From: Lama glama
Taxonomy: Eukaryota
Length of the DNA: 64,000 bases
NCBI GenBank assembly: GCA_028534125.1
Contig: CM052817.1
Span: forward strand, 68,140,001 to 68,204,000
Direction of reading: 5' to 3'
Numbering within the stretch: position 1 is the stretch's first letter; each line of letters starts with the position of its first letter. Under the pieces are notes generated by a model. That model ran no database searches. It saw nothing but the letters and a program-made list of their open reading frames with translations, and was not told the origin of the DNA. Positions 25,493 to 39,365 of the stretch are shown here, in pieces. Both the position numbers and the translations under genes were made by a program.

Positions 25493-27154
25493 TGTATAAT
25501 CAGAAGACAGCTCTAAATCTGCCTCCCATCAGCTCCTCCAAATGCACATAATGGGGAAGCCCTGTGCCGCCTCTGGATGAAAACCCTAAGGGCCCGTGAG
25601 TTTTCTCTCACACTTCAGTCACAGACCTTAAGACACACACAGCCTCAACTCAGAAATTGGCGTATCAGTCTCAGATACTAATCTGAATTCAGACTTTAGC
25701 ATCAGCTCTCCCCACGTCAGGCCTGCTTCACTGGGAAACGTGTAGCGGGAAAAGGGGCCATGGGTGGCTTCTTCCTTGTTTCTCCTCAAGCCGCTCCTCC
25801 TCATCCCCAGACACCCGCTCACCAGCCAGCTTCCCACCCCAGGAGGGTGGGCGGGGAGGGCAGAACCGGAGAAGCGAGGTCTACCTGAACTGGCACCATC
25901 ACAGTCTGGCTTCACGTTCTCTGGACCATCTGGATGTAATAACATGGCTCCCTTATAGGTGCTTTCGTGTGGCCTTCCCATGTGTGTCAATTGCCATGAC
26001 ATTGGCGGTGAGGTGGGCTGGGGGATTCTCTCTGAATCCCCGGACTTTATCTCTATTCTAGCTGGTGACTTGCTCTCCTCCCTCAGTGGATAGGCATCCA
26101 CAGTTTACCTCCCTATTCTGCTCTTCTGTCCTGTAGACAGAATCAAAGGTGAGCTCCCACCTGCTCCCTCCCTCAGGGTCAACATGTGGTCTGTGGGAAA
26201 CACTTCTGCATCCTTTGCTCCCAGAGCCTGAGAAAGCACAGGTTCAGGCCAAGTTCAAGCCACCACTTTTAGGTGCTCTGGGCATGAGGTCAACAGTGGT
26301 GATTTTAAAACAGTTGAGTGACGTTTCCTTTTTAAGTTCTGCACATGGCAAACCATCTCATACTCACTTTGGTATTTGATAGCTAAGGAATTGGTTCTCT
26401 AAGTGAAATTGAGGCAGGACGTGTGCAATTTTAACCTTCTGTTGTCTTTTTACTATCATTACTGGATTCCGAGGAGGTAGCCTGAGGAAGGAATCGTGGT
26501 ATGAATAGCATGTTGAGGGCTTGGAGGGCCAAGATGCTGGAGATAAAGCAGGACAGGTGTGCAAGGCGTGGAGAGCTCCAAGCCAGGGGCACTGACTTTA
26601 CGTGTTTGGGATGGAAAACCATTGAAAATTGTAAGGAGAGTCATGATTTATCTGATCTGGTAATCAGAGGGCTAAAATAAGGGAGAAGGTGTGGGAATGT
26701 CAGTAGAGAAATGACCAAACCCTGGAAACCCCAGAATTCATGACACAGAAAAACTTCATCGGTTTTTGCTCTACGTCATACAGTTTGATCCCTAGTTCCT
26801 GCCTTACACCAAACCGCCATCACGCACCTGCCTGTTGTACCTTTTTTTCCACACTTTTGTCTCATTTCTCATTTCTTCCTTCATGTATCATCTCAAGCAA
26901 GAAAATTTAAAAGCCTCTCCTAACTTTTCAAAATGATTTTTAGTGAGTCCAGGACTTTCCTAGTCTCTGGTTGTGTTACTCAAAATTAGAACTTGGCACT
27001 TGTGTTATTAAGTGGAAAAAGAGTTGACAAATGTTGAGCAAGTCCTTTCTAATATCAGTACTTTCTTTCAGATATTAGAGCTAGAGGAAATGGATGTTCT
27101 GTTGAAAGGTTAAGAGTTTTGTTTGGTTGGTTTTTCACTTGTTGGGTTTTTAAA

Positions 27155-27232
27155 ATATTTTTTATTGAAGTATTGTCAGTTTACAATGTTTGTCAGTTTC
27201 TGGTGTACAGCATAGTGCTTCAGTCATACATG
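27155..27232 (-). mobile_element. Short young L1 3' end
   Basis: 'ttttattgaagtattgtcagtttacaatgtt...tttctggtgtacagcatagtg', an artiodactyl-type L1 tail in antisense. Confidence 0.7.
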
Positions 27233-30200
27233 AAAACTGGTTGGTTTTTATATCTGATAAGCTCTGAGTCTGAGTATGCAGAGAGAAGAAAGGATAAACA
27301 CATGTGTACATACACACACACACACACAGTAAGTACTTAAGAGATCAAAGCACAAAAATGTTTATCCCATTCATTGTGCTTAGTCCGAAGCCCTTAAACA
27401 TAAAGTTTTGGCTAACCTGGGTGCATAAAAATTTTGCATATTTCTTTTATAATCTCACTGGTTGTTCCAAACAATTTCCAAATTACTTCCTCCTGTGTTT
27501 TCACAATATAAGTCAATGTTTATTCTATACTTTTAAAAGGAATTCCCGAAGGATCATAAAACTTACTGAATCTTCAGCTCAGAAGGGCTATTCCTAGCAG
27601 TACTATTTGTCCTCTAAGTATTTGACATAAAATTCTAAGTAGGAAAGGAAAGAGGACCTGAAAACCACCTCCAACCCCTACCAGGTAACTTTTTTCCTGC
27701 CTATCCTGTGTTAAGACAGATAAGAGAAACAAAGGCAGGGACGCTTGGTCGACGATCTACCTTCTATCCAAGGATGTCAATATTAGCACTTTACTTTCCT
27801 ATTATTAGTCAAAACAAAGTTTGAGATGAATTTCTCAACCATCTTTCTTTTTAAGAGGCCTCTGAATCTTCTCAAATTTGACCACAGTCTCTGGTCCAAC
27901 CTTCACTCATCTCTCCTGGCTCTGGTCTTCCTCTTGCCCATGCTGAGAAGTCTGTCCCAGAGTCCAAATCTTACTTTCTGCAAAGGGATGGACAGCCCTG
28001 CACTGACACAGGACTGTCCACATTAACGTCTTCTGGCCTGGAATGTTTCTGGGCAGTTCTCAGTAACTTGGGCATTTAGCTCCAAGATTAGTTAAAAACC
28101 CTTGCTGTCTTGCTGTGGTATTGATGCAGCTTGCGGTTTGACTCCATTAGCCAGGTTAGAATCTGGTTTCACAGCAGGGAAGTTCACACATGCAAATCAG
28201 TAGTTTAGAGAAACCTGATGAAATAATGGCTAGTTTACCCTGGAAAGCTTTGTAATCTAGAAGCCAACTGTCGGAGTAAATGCATAGTAATTGGATAATT
28301 ATCCTAGCCCAGTGGTTGCCAAGGCCTTCTGCCAACATCCTCTTTTTCCACTTGCTGAAAATTTCTGTCTCACAAGCCTCCCTCCTCTCAGCTGCCTCAC
28401 TAAAAATAAAACTAGACCTGGTTTTTACCTTTCAGAATGTCCGCATTGGGTCTCTATTTCTTAGATGTGTTTTTTGGGGGTTTTTTGGATACATTTTCAG
28501 TTTTTCTCCACTCTCATCTTACTTGTTACAGTTAAAGTCTTAATATCATTAGGCTTTTAGGCTTCAGCATTAATAATGGAGCAAACTAATTTAGGGAATA
28601 CATTCAGGCCTCACCATACTGCTGTGTATGGAACTGCGTTATGGAAGCAGAAGATGGGGCCCAGGTTCTGTTAGACTGAGTCAGATGATGTCCAAGGTGG
28701 ATTTCCCCTATATGAATTCTCATATGGGGTCCAAAATTGGACCCTACATTCAACCTAGACTTACTGCCAAGCCACACCAAATAGATATATTGAAATATTT
28801 TCTAGAAACAGGGTTTCCAGAGAAGCATTTGTTTGGTGGCAATCACCATGGCCTTCAAAACAATGCCATTTATTTTTTTCTTCTTCTACAATTGCTGTAT
28901 ATATATATATATCTGGAACGTTAAAGTTGTGTGATTTTGCTCATCAAATTAGAAGCTTAAATATATTTTTCCAAAATGAGACCAAGGCAGTAATATCCAA
29001 CTGAGGATTTTTAATCCATTGTTTACTAGAAGAAAACAATGTTTGTTATTCTTGCTATAATTTGTCAAGACTTGTTAGAAACCTTAAGAAATATTAATAA
29101 CTTTAGCTCAATAATTATACTTAAGAAATTTATCATAAGGAAATAATCATGGGTATAAACAAGGTTTTAGCCAGGAGAGCTGCTTATAAACAGCGAAAAT
29201 GGCAATCTACCTAGATTTCAAAGATTTAATGACTGGTTAAGTAGACTATAGTATTTCTATATAATCTTGACATTTCAAATGGTGCAACTGCAGAAAACTG
29301 ATGACAAGAAAACATGTTCATGTTATGCTAAGTTTAAAAAAAGTTCAAACTTTAAAACATTATTTGAAATATATAAATCTTTCGTACAGATGTACGCACA
29401 GAGAGAAAGGAAAACAATTAGGCATGACCTACCTCACAATATCAATGGTTATTTCTGTGTGATAGAATTACATACAACTATATTTTCTTTCTTTTACTTA
29501 TCTGTCCATCTTTAATTTTCCACAATGAATGGGAACTATTTTTACGAAAATAGTTTACTTTTTTTAAGAAAAGAGTTTGTTTCTCAACTTGTTTTCAATA
29601 TTCACTTTTAAAGGTGTTGTGGTTGGGGTCTGAACAACACCTAAGGATGCTTGGTTATTCCTCTCTGTGACTAGGTTTAGGCTGGGTGACCCAAGGCTCA
29701 TTAAACAGAAAACAATAAATAGGGACTTTCCAAGTGTAAACTAAGGGGAAGTGTAGCTTCTGTCCACGAATCTTCCAGATCTACTAATGACCAAACTGAG
29801 CACAACAGTTTGTCTTTGTGGATAAAACTGAGCAGAAAATTATAAAATAAGTGCTTAATGTGATATTTTGAACAACCAAATTAGATAATTTTGATTTTTT
29901 TCTTTAAATCACTTTTGATCTCCTTATACTTCTTACTCAGAGCTCAGTAGAGTGAAGAGCAGGAACATTTATTGATGGCTCCCACAGAGAAAATATCATT
30001 TGAATTGCAGTGATTAAATTCAATTCAAACTGTTAAACTTTTATTGAGTAAATGGTAGGAGCCTAGCACTGTATTAGACACAGTGGGGCATTCAAACAAT
30101 TCACAAAGACAAATGACCTGGAGGAACTCAGTTTCTACATAAGGACAGATAAATTAGTACATATCTCATGTATATATGTATATAAAACAGGCTTCAGTGT

Positions 30201-33200
30201 AAGCATTGGCTGATACAAAACAAGAGTCACAGAAGCATAGGAGAGGGAAAGGTTAATTCCAACCAAGGGAGCAGGAAAGTTCTCAGAGGAAGTGAGATTT
30301 TGGCTAGGAATAAAGAAGAGTATACTAGACCCCTGTTGGTTATAGGTTACAAATAAACTTCAAACTAGCTTGAATTTTAAAAAGTGGTTTATCAGCTTCT
30401 GTAAGAAGGATGGTTTGCTTTAGGCAAGGTAAATCCGGGAGCTAATGTAATGATGTCAGGCTTAATGCTCCTTTCAACAGTCAAGACTGTTGACTTTACA
30501 ACAAAGTCGACTGCTAAATACAGAAACTTACACTCTTAGGGCTTACAATCCAGGCCCTTCTATTTCTCAACAACCATCTATTAAAAATCAGTGAAGAGTC
30601 TCATTGGCCCTGCTTAGGAACCTGCCATCCTAGGCCAACTGCTGTGGCCAGCTGGGTCACATGCCCCTCACTACAGGGAGTCGGTGTTGGGGTTGGCGGT
30701 GGAAAGCGGGGAGCAGGCACCATGACTGAGAATTCTACCAGATCAGATAAAGCTGGGAAGCTGGGGCTTCACTCAAAAAAGCAACAGAAAGGGCAGAGAG
30801 ATGGACAGAACTACTGGGCAAATACTACCATTACCAAAGTCCATTTCATATGGAAAAAGTGTTGGACAGTAATATGAGGGTAAAGGGAAGAGCATGGGCT
30901 ACGATGTGAATGAGGAAAATGGAAGGAAAGCTTTCAAATGTAAGGTGCCTGTGGTGTCAAAGTAATTCTATACCAACGATTACAGTCTCTGGACTGATAA
31001 AATTTTATCCGTGTGTTTTCTTTTACTTAGACATTTATAAGCCTGGAGAGTTCTGCATACATACAATTGTAAGTTCAGCAATTATTTAAGTGCAATGGAA
31101 ACTTGCTATTTGAAGTATATTCTGTGAATACTTTTGTGAAGCAAAGAATTAAATTGTCACCAAAAAGAGTGACCTTTACTTTTTCTTTTTTGCATTGAAT
31201 TACTACATATTGACTTTGCTTAGAATAATCTATACTTAGACTAAATCTTTTTTACAAAAAAATGAATTTAATTTCATTTAAAATGTAACTCAACCTAAGC
31301 TCTTAGAGCATTGTCCATTTCTAGTAAATAAATAATAAATATATATAAATGCTTCCTTGAATTTACATCAATAATTATAAAATCATCTACCAGTTTTAAA
31401 AGCCTATTTGGACTAGACAGTTGTTTGTTCCTTGGCATAGCAGTGACTGAATGTGAGTTCATTTTATCATTTGCAGAATCTCCATGGGCCTGTGCTGATA
31501 CGGGTGATTGAAACCAGGCCAATTGATGTTTTAATCCTTTCTGTCCTTCAGAAAGAATAGAAATCAAAACCTATGTTTTTTGTTGTTTAGTATTTGTTGC
31601 ATTTAGCCAAGATTATAGATAGAATACAGAATTAGATCCTTGCTAAATGAATTTAAAATCTAAATTAGACAGATATGCAGGATTCTGACCTTGAGAAATA
31701 AATTATGGAAATGACAACTTAGTGAAAAACTCAGGAACAAACCAAAATTCCAAACAGAGATGACAAAGTATTCTATTACTAATAGTTGCTGGTAATGGAC
31801 TAAATGGTCAATTTCCAGTTCCAGCTCTGTCTTGAACTTCATAATTTTGGGCATGGTATCTCTCTTCACTCTGCGTGAGTTTCCTATCTTCAACTTGGTT
31901 CATATTTTACAAAGAAGTTGGAATGATACATGAAATAACAAATATGAAGCACTTTAAGTTCCTCCGAATGAAGTTTTCACAACAAAATGAAATAATGGCC
32001 TATACATTATATGAAATACTTGCTTATAAAGCAAGTAAATGAGGGATACAATTTTATGCTTTAGAAGGATTCATTTCAAAATGTGATTTTAAAAAATATT
32101 AAACCAGCATATCTAAGATAGATCAGTCTACAAAAACTTGACTCATACTCAACTTTTGCAAGACATATTTTATACTATGCCAAGTTATACCTTTGTGACT
32201 TAATTAATACCCAATACATAAAGGAAAAATAATGTGGCAAATCTGTGGTACTCAGAGATTTGTGAAATATGAACCATTTAAAATTATGATTAACAAAAAG
32301 AGCCATATAGCTGTTATCTGCCTTTTAGATGTATTGTATAATACTAAATATACTTTCTAATATCCTAAAAATACTTTCTAATGCAGAAATTAAAAGTCTT
32401 GAAAATCCAGATTTCAGGCAGAAGAGCCATGTGCTCCCTACTACCCTGTTAGAATGAGTGCTTAACAAAGAAACAGTTTGTGAGATACTGGGTTGAAGAC
32501 CCTAAGAGCTAATCATGACTGCATTATTTCTAATGAAGTATGACAATTTAGATAGTTTCAGAATACATTAAAAAAAGAAGAAAACAGTTGTGCAGTTCTA
32601 TAATGAAATTACCCCCCTACATACAATCACTAAGAACTTGATTACAAATGAGGCTGAGAGTTTTCTAGAGGACCAGACCCATGCCAGGGAGGTAAGGAAT
32701 TTCCCAAGATGGTTGAAAGATACGTATCCAGTCAGACCATATTGCGTAAGAAATGACTGACAGGATCACAAAACTAAACAAGGTGCACTGCGAAGTATCG
32801 CTGCCATGTTTAATAGCAGAACATCCTGATTAAAGTAATCTCCATGTCCAGTATAGGAAACAACGCCAAGAATGAGGTCACTGTCAAAAAAGAATGGGTT
32901 GAAAAGATGAGCAGCCTGCCTCCTTTCTCCCCTCTAAATAGACCTAGCACACCTGAGGAAAGGGATGCTGAGAGCCTAGAAAAAATGCTGCAGTGTTTGG
33001 TCTGCATCTCCAGAATTTTCCAGGTCTGTCTCTTATCCTAATATCCCTTGTTCCCGATTTCTCTTAATTTCTCAGCAACCCCCCCTTTTTTTCCCGATCC
33101 TTAGCTGAACTCCCTGTGTCTCTCTCACCTCTAATTTTGCCAACCTCATTTTGGACCAGTAACTCAGTTTTTCACCTTTGAAGCTTCTCCATGACTTGAT

Positions 33201-34186
33201 TATTGATGACTTGGTTATCCACCTATGGCCCCATGCACAATAAGCCATGAATAAAAGGCACCTGCTCCTATTCCCTGTGGCAGCCCGGTGGAGCCTGGCC
33301 CAAGCTGTTCACAACCCAGCTAGACACTGTTCGATTATAAAAGGAGATCTGACTTAATATCAAGAGAAAGATTTTGAGTAGGAGCCAGCAAAATCAGGGC
33401 ACGTATCTCACCACACTCTTCTTAGATGCTTAGGACAGTTGGCCATCCCTCTACTAATCATCCAATGCCTGTGACAGGTTGGCTTCTGTTACAATTCTTG
33501 GTGCATGGAAGGACCTCAGGAATTATTTAGTGAAAGGATAGATTTATGAACAAATAAATTAGTATAAGCACCAGCTATAAGATCTAGGAATGATTATGCT
33601 AGTTTTTGAGGGTGTGCATGAAGTTATAAACTACGATGAATCTTTAATTAGTAAAACATGTTTGGTGAAGATTTCCGCTCACATTTCTTTTAAGGAACAA
33701 AAAGCAGGAAACAACTCAGCAAATCGACTTGTCATCACTTTGAGAACATCTGTGGTTTTAAAGCAGTTTTGAAAATAGTCACTTGCCTAGAGTAAGGTCT
33801 GACTTCTGCTGTCTAAGCAGTAAAGAGTTCTAAATTCACATGCACGAGTGCATACCCTCATGCAGGGCAGTTAATAAAATGCCAGTTCGGTGGCCCAACT
33901 CTTCTTTCCACTCTGGTTCTTACAGGAATATGTAGATACACACTCAACTCATTAAAACTTAGTCCAAATAAAGAAAAAGACAGAGGTAACAACAGATGCA
34001 CCATCCCAATTTCTTGCATGAAAAACTGCACATTTACTCCAGAAATCCCAAGTAAGAATGTTTACAGAAACAGTTGATGGAAGCAGTATGGGCTGGCATA
34101 GAAAACGCTTACTGTTTAGCAGGAGAAACATGTTAAATACTATGTGTCTCTCTTCATCCGCTGGTGCTCACTTTTTGTATCTTCAG

Positions 34187-34310
34187 ATTGATCGGCTGGA
34201 CGTGGATAGCTTGTTTAGCAACATTGAATCTGTGCATCAGATATCAGCCAAGCTGCTGTCATTGCTGGAAGAGGCCACAACAGACGTGGAACCGGCCATG
34301 CAAGTAATCG
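34187..34310 (+). CDS. ARHGEF38: ARHGEF38 coding exon 3 (124 nt, DH domain)
   Basis: Acceptor ctttttgtatcttcag|ATT. Encodes IDRLDVDSLFSNIESVHQISAKLLSLLEEATTDVEPAMQVI(G), including the DH-domain 'LFSNIE' motif. Donor ATCG|GTATGT. Confidence 0.95.
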
Positions 34311-35530
34311 GTATGTTTATTCTCATCTCGAATTCTACAATGCAACAGGAAATAATGTTTTAATAGCCTCCCTTCGCTTTGGTTTTATGTTTCTGACTCA
34401 CCAAGCTTCCCAGGAGATATATAAATGCTAAACCCATCTTCAGGCTCATGGTAATTACACAAACTCTGTATTTATTTTCAAATGGCTTTACATCCATTTG
34501 CTGAAGTCCCTCAGTAGCACTCAGTGCACCATTTGCTTTTTAATTTTCAATCTTTCAACCTCTTTGCCTTCCAGATGTTCTCTCATTTGGTTTTATGGCT
34601 AACATCTAACTTGATTCTTAAAGAATTAAACATTTGAATACTTTAGTAGCTTTACTGATTTTAGTCACAGCGTCTTTTAGCTCTTATGCCTACGAATCCA
34701 TTGATTTTTTTGGATTGTGATTTTTCTCTTGGGTGGAAAGTTTATATGATTAATAAAACACTTAACAACTTTTACTTTTCCCATGCTTTTCTCTTTTCTT
34801 CTCTATGGTATTGCTTTCCAGATATGTTTTTACTCTCAAACAGCAATAGCTTATTTTCTTATTCCAGTAAGATTTTGAAAAAAAAAAATACAGCATAATC
34901 AATGGAAAAGTATTGAGTCAAGTTTTTATTCTTCCCATTTTCTCCCTTCATTGGTCATTTATCTATTTATTTTACATGTGCAATGTTGCTTGGGAATTTC
35001 AAAGGGATACTGTGTTATGAACTCCTTGAAGGCAGTTGCCACATCCAAGGTACTACATATACACACAGTGCCAGGTAGGCTAAGAAATCTTTAAAATGTG
35101 TTGTAATCATTTTTCATTTCACACATAACATGCAATATATGCTTGTTACAAAATATTAAAACAATTCAGAAGTACACAGAGTAATAAATCCCTTCAATGT
35201 GACTCACCTCCCCTTAAGTAACCACTGTTATCAGTTTGATATGGATCCTTTCTCTGAGACACACAGAGACACAAACACACATTCATACTTTATATCTTTA
35301 TTTATTACGTCTATTAGTTAATGGAGATCAGAGGTATAGAAATGGCACAAAATTGATTTTGTTTGGCATTTAAGGAAGACCCAAAGTTTAATATGCAAGA
35401 CTGACCTTGTACAAAGGTGAAGCAACCTGGCTATTTGAAGTGTGTTACATACCAAAAGGCCAGACCACTCAAAAAGATTCTCCCACAGACAGGTTTAAAT
35501 TCAGTCATGTCTTGTGATTAAATATCCCCA

Positions 35531-35895
35531 TTATGTGCTAAATGTTTGTGTTCCCCCAAAATTCATATGTTGGAAGTCCTAAAGCCCAGCATGATGGTAC
35601 CACCAGAAGGGGGGACCTTTGGGAGGTAATTTAAGTTTAGATGAAGTCACAAGGGGGGTTGACCCAGAATGGAATTAGTGTCCTTATAAGCAGAGAAAGA
35701 GAGATAGAGTTCCCTCTTCACTACGTGAGGACTCAGGAAGGCGGCTCTCTGCAAGCCAGGAAATCCTCCCTGGGAGTGAACCTGCTGTCACCTTGACCTT
35801 GGACTTCCCAGTCTCCAGAACTGTGAGAAATCAATGTGTTGCTTAAGCCCCCCAACCTATGTTATTTTGTTATGGTGGCCCAAGCCGACTAATAT
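35531..35895 (+). mobile_element. MLT1A-type LTR
   Basis: 'aatgtttgtgttcccccaaaattcatatgttg...ttggacttcccagtctccagaactgtgagaaat...ttgttatggtggcccaagccgactaa'. Confidence 0.85.
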
Positions 35896-35974
35896 AGTTT
35901 CCAATGAACTATACAAATATTTTCTAAAGGAGGGACTCTATTTATTGTCACTTTAGTGTGGATTCACTGGTCAT

Positions 35975-36740
35975 TTATTTATTCACACAATGAATAGCTG
36001 TTAAGCAGCAGAATGTACAATAATTAGGGTGCTGTGTGACATTGTCAGGTATCAAAAGATGAAAGAGATGATCTGTGTCCTTCAAAAGTTTGCAAATAGC
36101 CCCTTGAATTGAAGATATTTGTGTAATACATCATCAGAGTATTTTCTACTCTACTGCAGAACTTTGGTGGATAAAGAGATTTTTTCTAGATGGGGAATCA
36201 GAGAAGAATTCTTGAAAATGTTCCTTGGGCTTAAAGGTATAGATCAGATTTCAGCAAATAAGGTCCAGGTTGGGAAGACTAAGTGGAAGTAAGAACATGA
36301 ACAAAAACATGGACAGCAGGTGCCAAATACCAAGGATGTTAAGGAAATGGTGAGTGACCAAGTCAAGCTTGAGTGAAGGATTCATGTAAGGGAGGAATAA
36401 GAAATGAATCTCTAAGTATACAATAGGGAAAGGCTGTAGTTGGAATCAAAGCTTGGAATTAACCCTGCAGGTAATGAGGAGCCATTAAAAGATTTTTCAG
36501 CAAAGATGTGATGAGACACAAAAGTTTCTGGACAAAGAAAACTATGGTTGGTATGAAGAGAAGGGATAGAGGAGAAAATGAGTACAAGACCAGTAAGTAC
36601 GTCATTACAGATAATTCAGCCTTGTGGCAACAAACATCTAGGCTAAGGTGGATACAGCGGTAAGAGAAATAGGGGTCAGATTCCAATGAAACATGGAAGA
36701 AAGCACAGACAAAATGTAGGGGCTGGTTGCATGTGCAAAA
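35975..36740 (-). mobile_element. L2 fragment
   Basis: Purine-rich antisense L2 motifs ('gagccattaaaagatttt...', 'catttatttattcac'). Confidence 0.6.
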
Positions 36741-36747
36741 ACAATTC

Positions 36748-38492
36748 CAGGTTTAAGGAGTCACAAATTCTGATTTGCCTAGAACATCCTGGTTTTGGCC
36801 TATTATTCAAACACTCAGTTCAGTTTAGCATTTGTCCTGGATTTTCTCCTTTTTAAAGGAGGATCATTATTAATAGTTGCATCATAAGAGATTTGGTAAG
36901 ACCGCTATATAGTACTTCAGTTTCTGACATGGCCTCTCTTAGTAGAGTGTAAGAGGCAGGTGCATTTGACAGAGTTCTCACATGGTAAACTCTGAAAGAG
37001 AGCCCATCTCTGCTTTCCCAGTCTCTTCTAGTCTCAAGGACGCTTACATCTTCCTTTGAAGTACAGCATACAGGGCACTGGCTGATAAAATGATGACATT
37101 AGGACATGAGAAGCTAGCAACAGCTAACTGCTTCCTGTTCTCGGTGGTGGTGGGAGATGTATTTGATGCTACAAACCCTGCCATCCACAGTACAGCAGCT
37201 AGTTGTGTTGTGACCCGTGCTGGGTGGCCCATGCCAGGACCAGTGGGAAGCATGAAGCCACTAGGATAGCAGTCAGTGGGTTTCGTGGGTCATGTAAGGA
37301 ATTAAAGATTAGATGCAAGTGAAATGCATGTGGGAAGCAGAGGCTGAGTGGTCCTGCTACTGAGCACCTGGATGCTATTGCTGCAGTAGTTTGGTTATTT
37401 ATCGTCTGATGTAAATCTGTCACCTTTTAACTGTCTGGTTATGCTTATTTTATTTTGCAATAAACTCCTTCATAAGTGAGGGTTTAACATATGCACGTTT
37501 AATCAAAATTAAGTATTGATTTTCTATTTCTCAAGAAGGTTGATGGTCAACATATGACACACAAAGTACCATTTACCCTGGGGTCTTCAATGCTGTCACT
37601 GACCCATAAAACAATCAAAAGACAGAAATTTACTGAAGAAGCAGCAACATCTGCATCAACAATTAGTCATTATTTTAAAAAGACCATGCTTATCATTTTA
37701 AAGCAGAAAGCTGTCCTTCGGCATTCACAGGAATTAGTTCCAGAACTGAAATGGTAACTGTAGTCAAAGTTCACACATAGTTTTATATATTCAAAATTAG
37801 AATGAATTATATGCAATATTTGGAAGCCAAGTTGACGTTAATTTAAAAAATAATCTTACGCATGACCATGCAAATTTTTCTTTTTTTTTGCTGCTACTGG
37901 TCACTAACCAGCTTTTAGAAATTGTATTTTGTTCAAAATCAGTTAGAAGTTCTTTAGTTAAGAAAGTCAACAAACAGAGGGAAGGAGTAACTTCAGCTTT
38001 TCAGTCTTTACAACTGCAATTATTGAAAACAAAATTGCAGATGGATAGATACTAGAATTTATCCCTATGAAAACAAGGAATTAACTAAAAAAACAAAACA
38101 ATGAGAATTCATATTGTGGAAAAGATTTAATTTTGACATTTTATAATTGATTCTGGAAGACTTGACTTATGAAAAGAAGCTTTTGACAGAGCTCGTATTT
38201 AATAGGATAAAGTTATATCCTGTACCAGATTTTACAATATCTGTATTTAGAAAAATATTAAAAAATCATAAATAGAAACAGCTTATTTGATGAGTTTTAT
38301 TTTGTAAAAATAAAGAATGAAAAGAATGAAAATGGGGACAAAAAGACAGTCTCTATGAAAATATTTCAGATCAAATATTTACACATTTTAATAGAGCTCT
38401 ATAGTCAGAATATTAATATCTTCCATTTAGCAGAATTTTCTCCGAGTTTATTAGGTGTCTCTGTGCTTAGGAGAACATTTTCATAATTAAAA
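36748..38492 (+). mobile_element. hAT DNA transposon fossil (BLACKJACK-like)
   Basis: Left end resembles Blackjack/MER94 termini. 38421-38501 translates FHLAEFSPSLLGVSVLRRTFS*LKISW, a decayed hAT dimerisation motif (L-P-G-T-S-A-x-V-E-R-x-F-S type). Confidence 0.6.
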
Positions 38493-38509
38493 ATATCATG
38501 GTTTACATA

Positions 38510-39365
38510 TTTGAGCAGCAAAATAAATAATGCTAGTATTGGATTTTAAACCATAGGATAAAATAGAGTCCATACTGATGTAAATAAATGAAGACAAAGA
38601 AAAGCTCTCCCTTACAGTAAATTTCAATGAATAAATATAGAAGGAAAGAAGAAAACTGAAAATCACCATTAGGCAAACTACAGTTATAACTGTTAACAGA
38701 CAAAATTCAGATCGATGCTAGATTTAGTGCTTGAAATTTTGAAGAGAAATTTATATCCATAGCTTCAAAGTATCTCAAGTATTGACCTCAGAGGGAAAGA
38801 TGGCCCTTTTCAGTGAGAAACCAGGCAGACATTACCTTAACCAAGTGAGTGATCAAGGTCAACAGTACAAGGAAATAACACATCGTGAACCTTGTGATAC
38901 GATGCACTGAGGGGGACACACCATCAGATCTGTGGTACTTTTGTCCCAAATATGTGCAATCGTGTCCAATCACGAGAAAACATGATATCAGCAGACTCAA
39001 AGGAGGGACACTTAACAAAATAACTGATCAATACTATTCTTAAATGGCAAGTCATTAAAGAGAAGGTAAGGCTGAGGAATGGTAGTCTTTGAAAGACTGC
39101 CGAAGATTAAGGAGGAGTAGCAAATAAATGCAAGTGGGAGCCTGGGTAGATTCTCGAACAGTAAAAGAACATTAGTGTCGAAATTCAAGACAGGTGTTTA
39201 GTTGACAGTGTTAAAGCAGACTTCATTTCCTTTTCCTGACAATTGTACATGGTTATGTAAGCCAATGGCACTGGGGAAGACGAGTGAGGGATATTTGGAA
39301 ACTGTCGGGGCTGTTTTGCAACTTTCCTAGAAGTATAAAATTAATTCAAAATAACAAGTTTAAAA
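38510..39365 (+). mobile_element. L1MC-type LINE 3' end
   Basis: 'aaataaataatgctagtattggatt...gtgagaaaccaggcagacattacctt...tttgcaactttcct...aattcaaaataa'. Confidence 0.8.

Noticed and set aside
24866..25516. Long ORFs of 216 and 171 aa in the track
   Set aside because: Artefacts of translating through the N gap.
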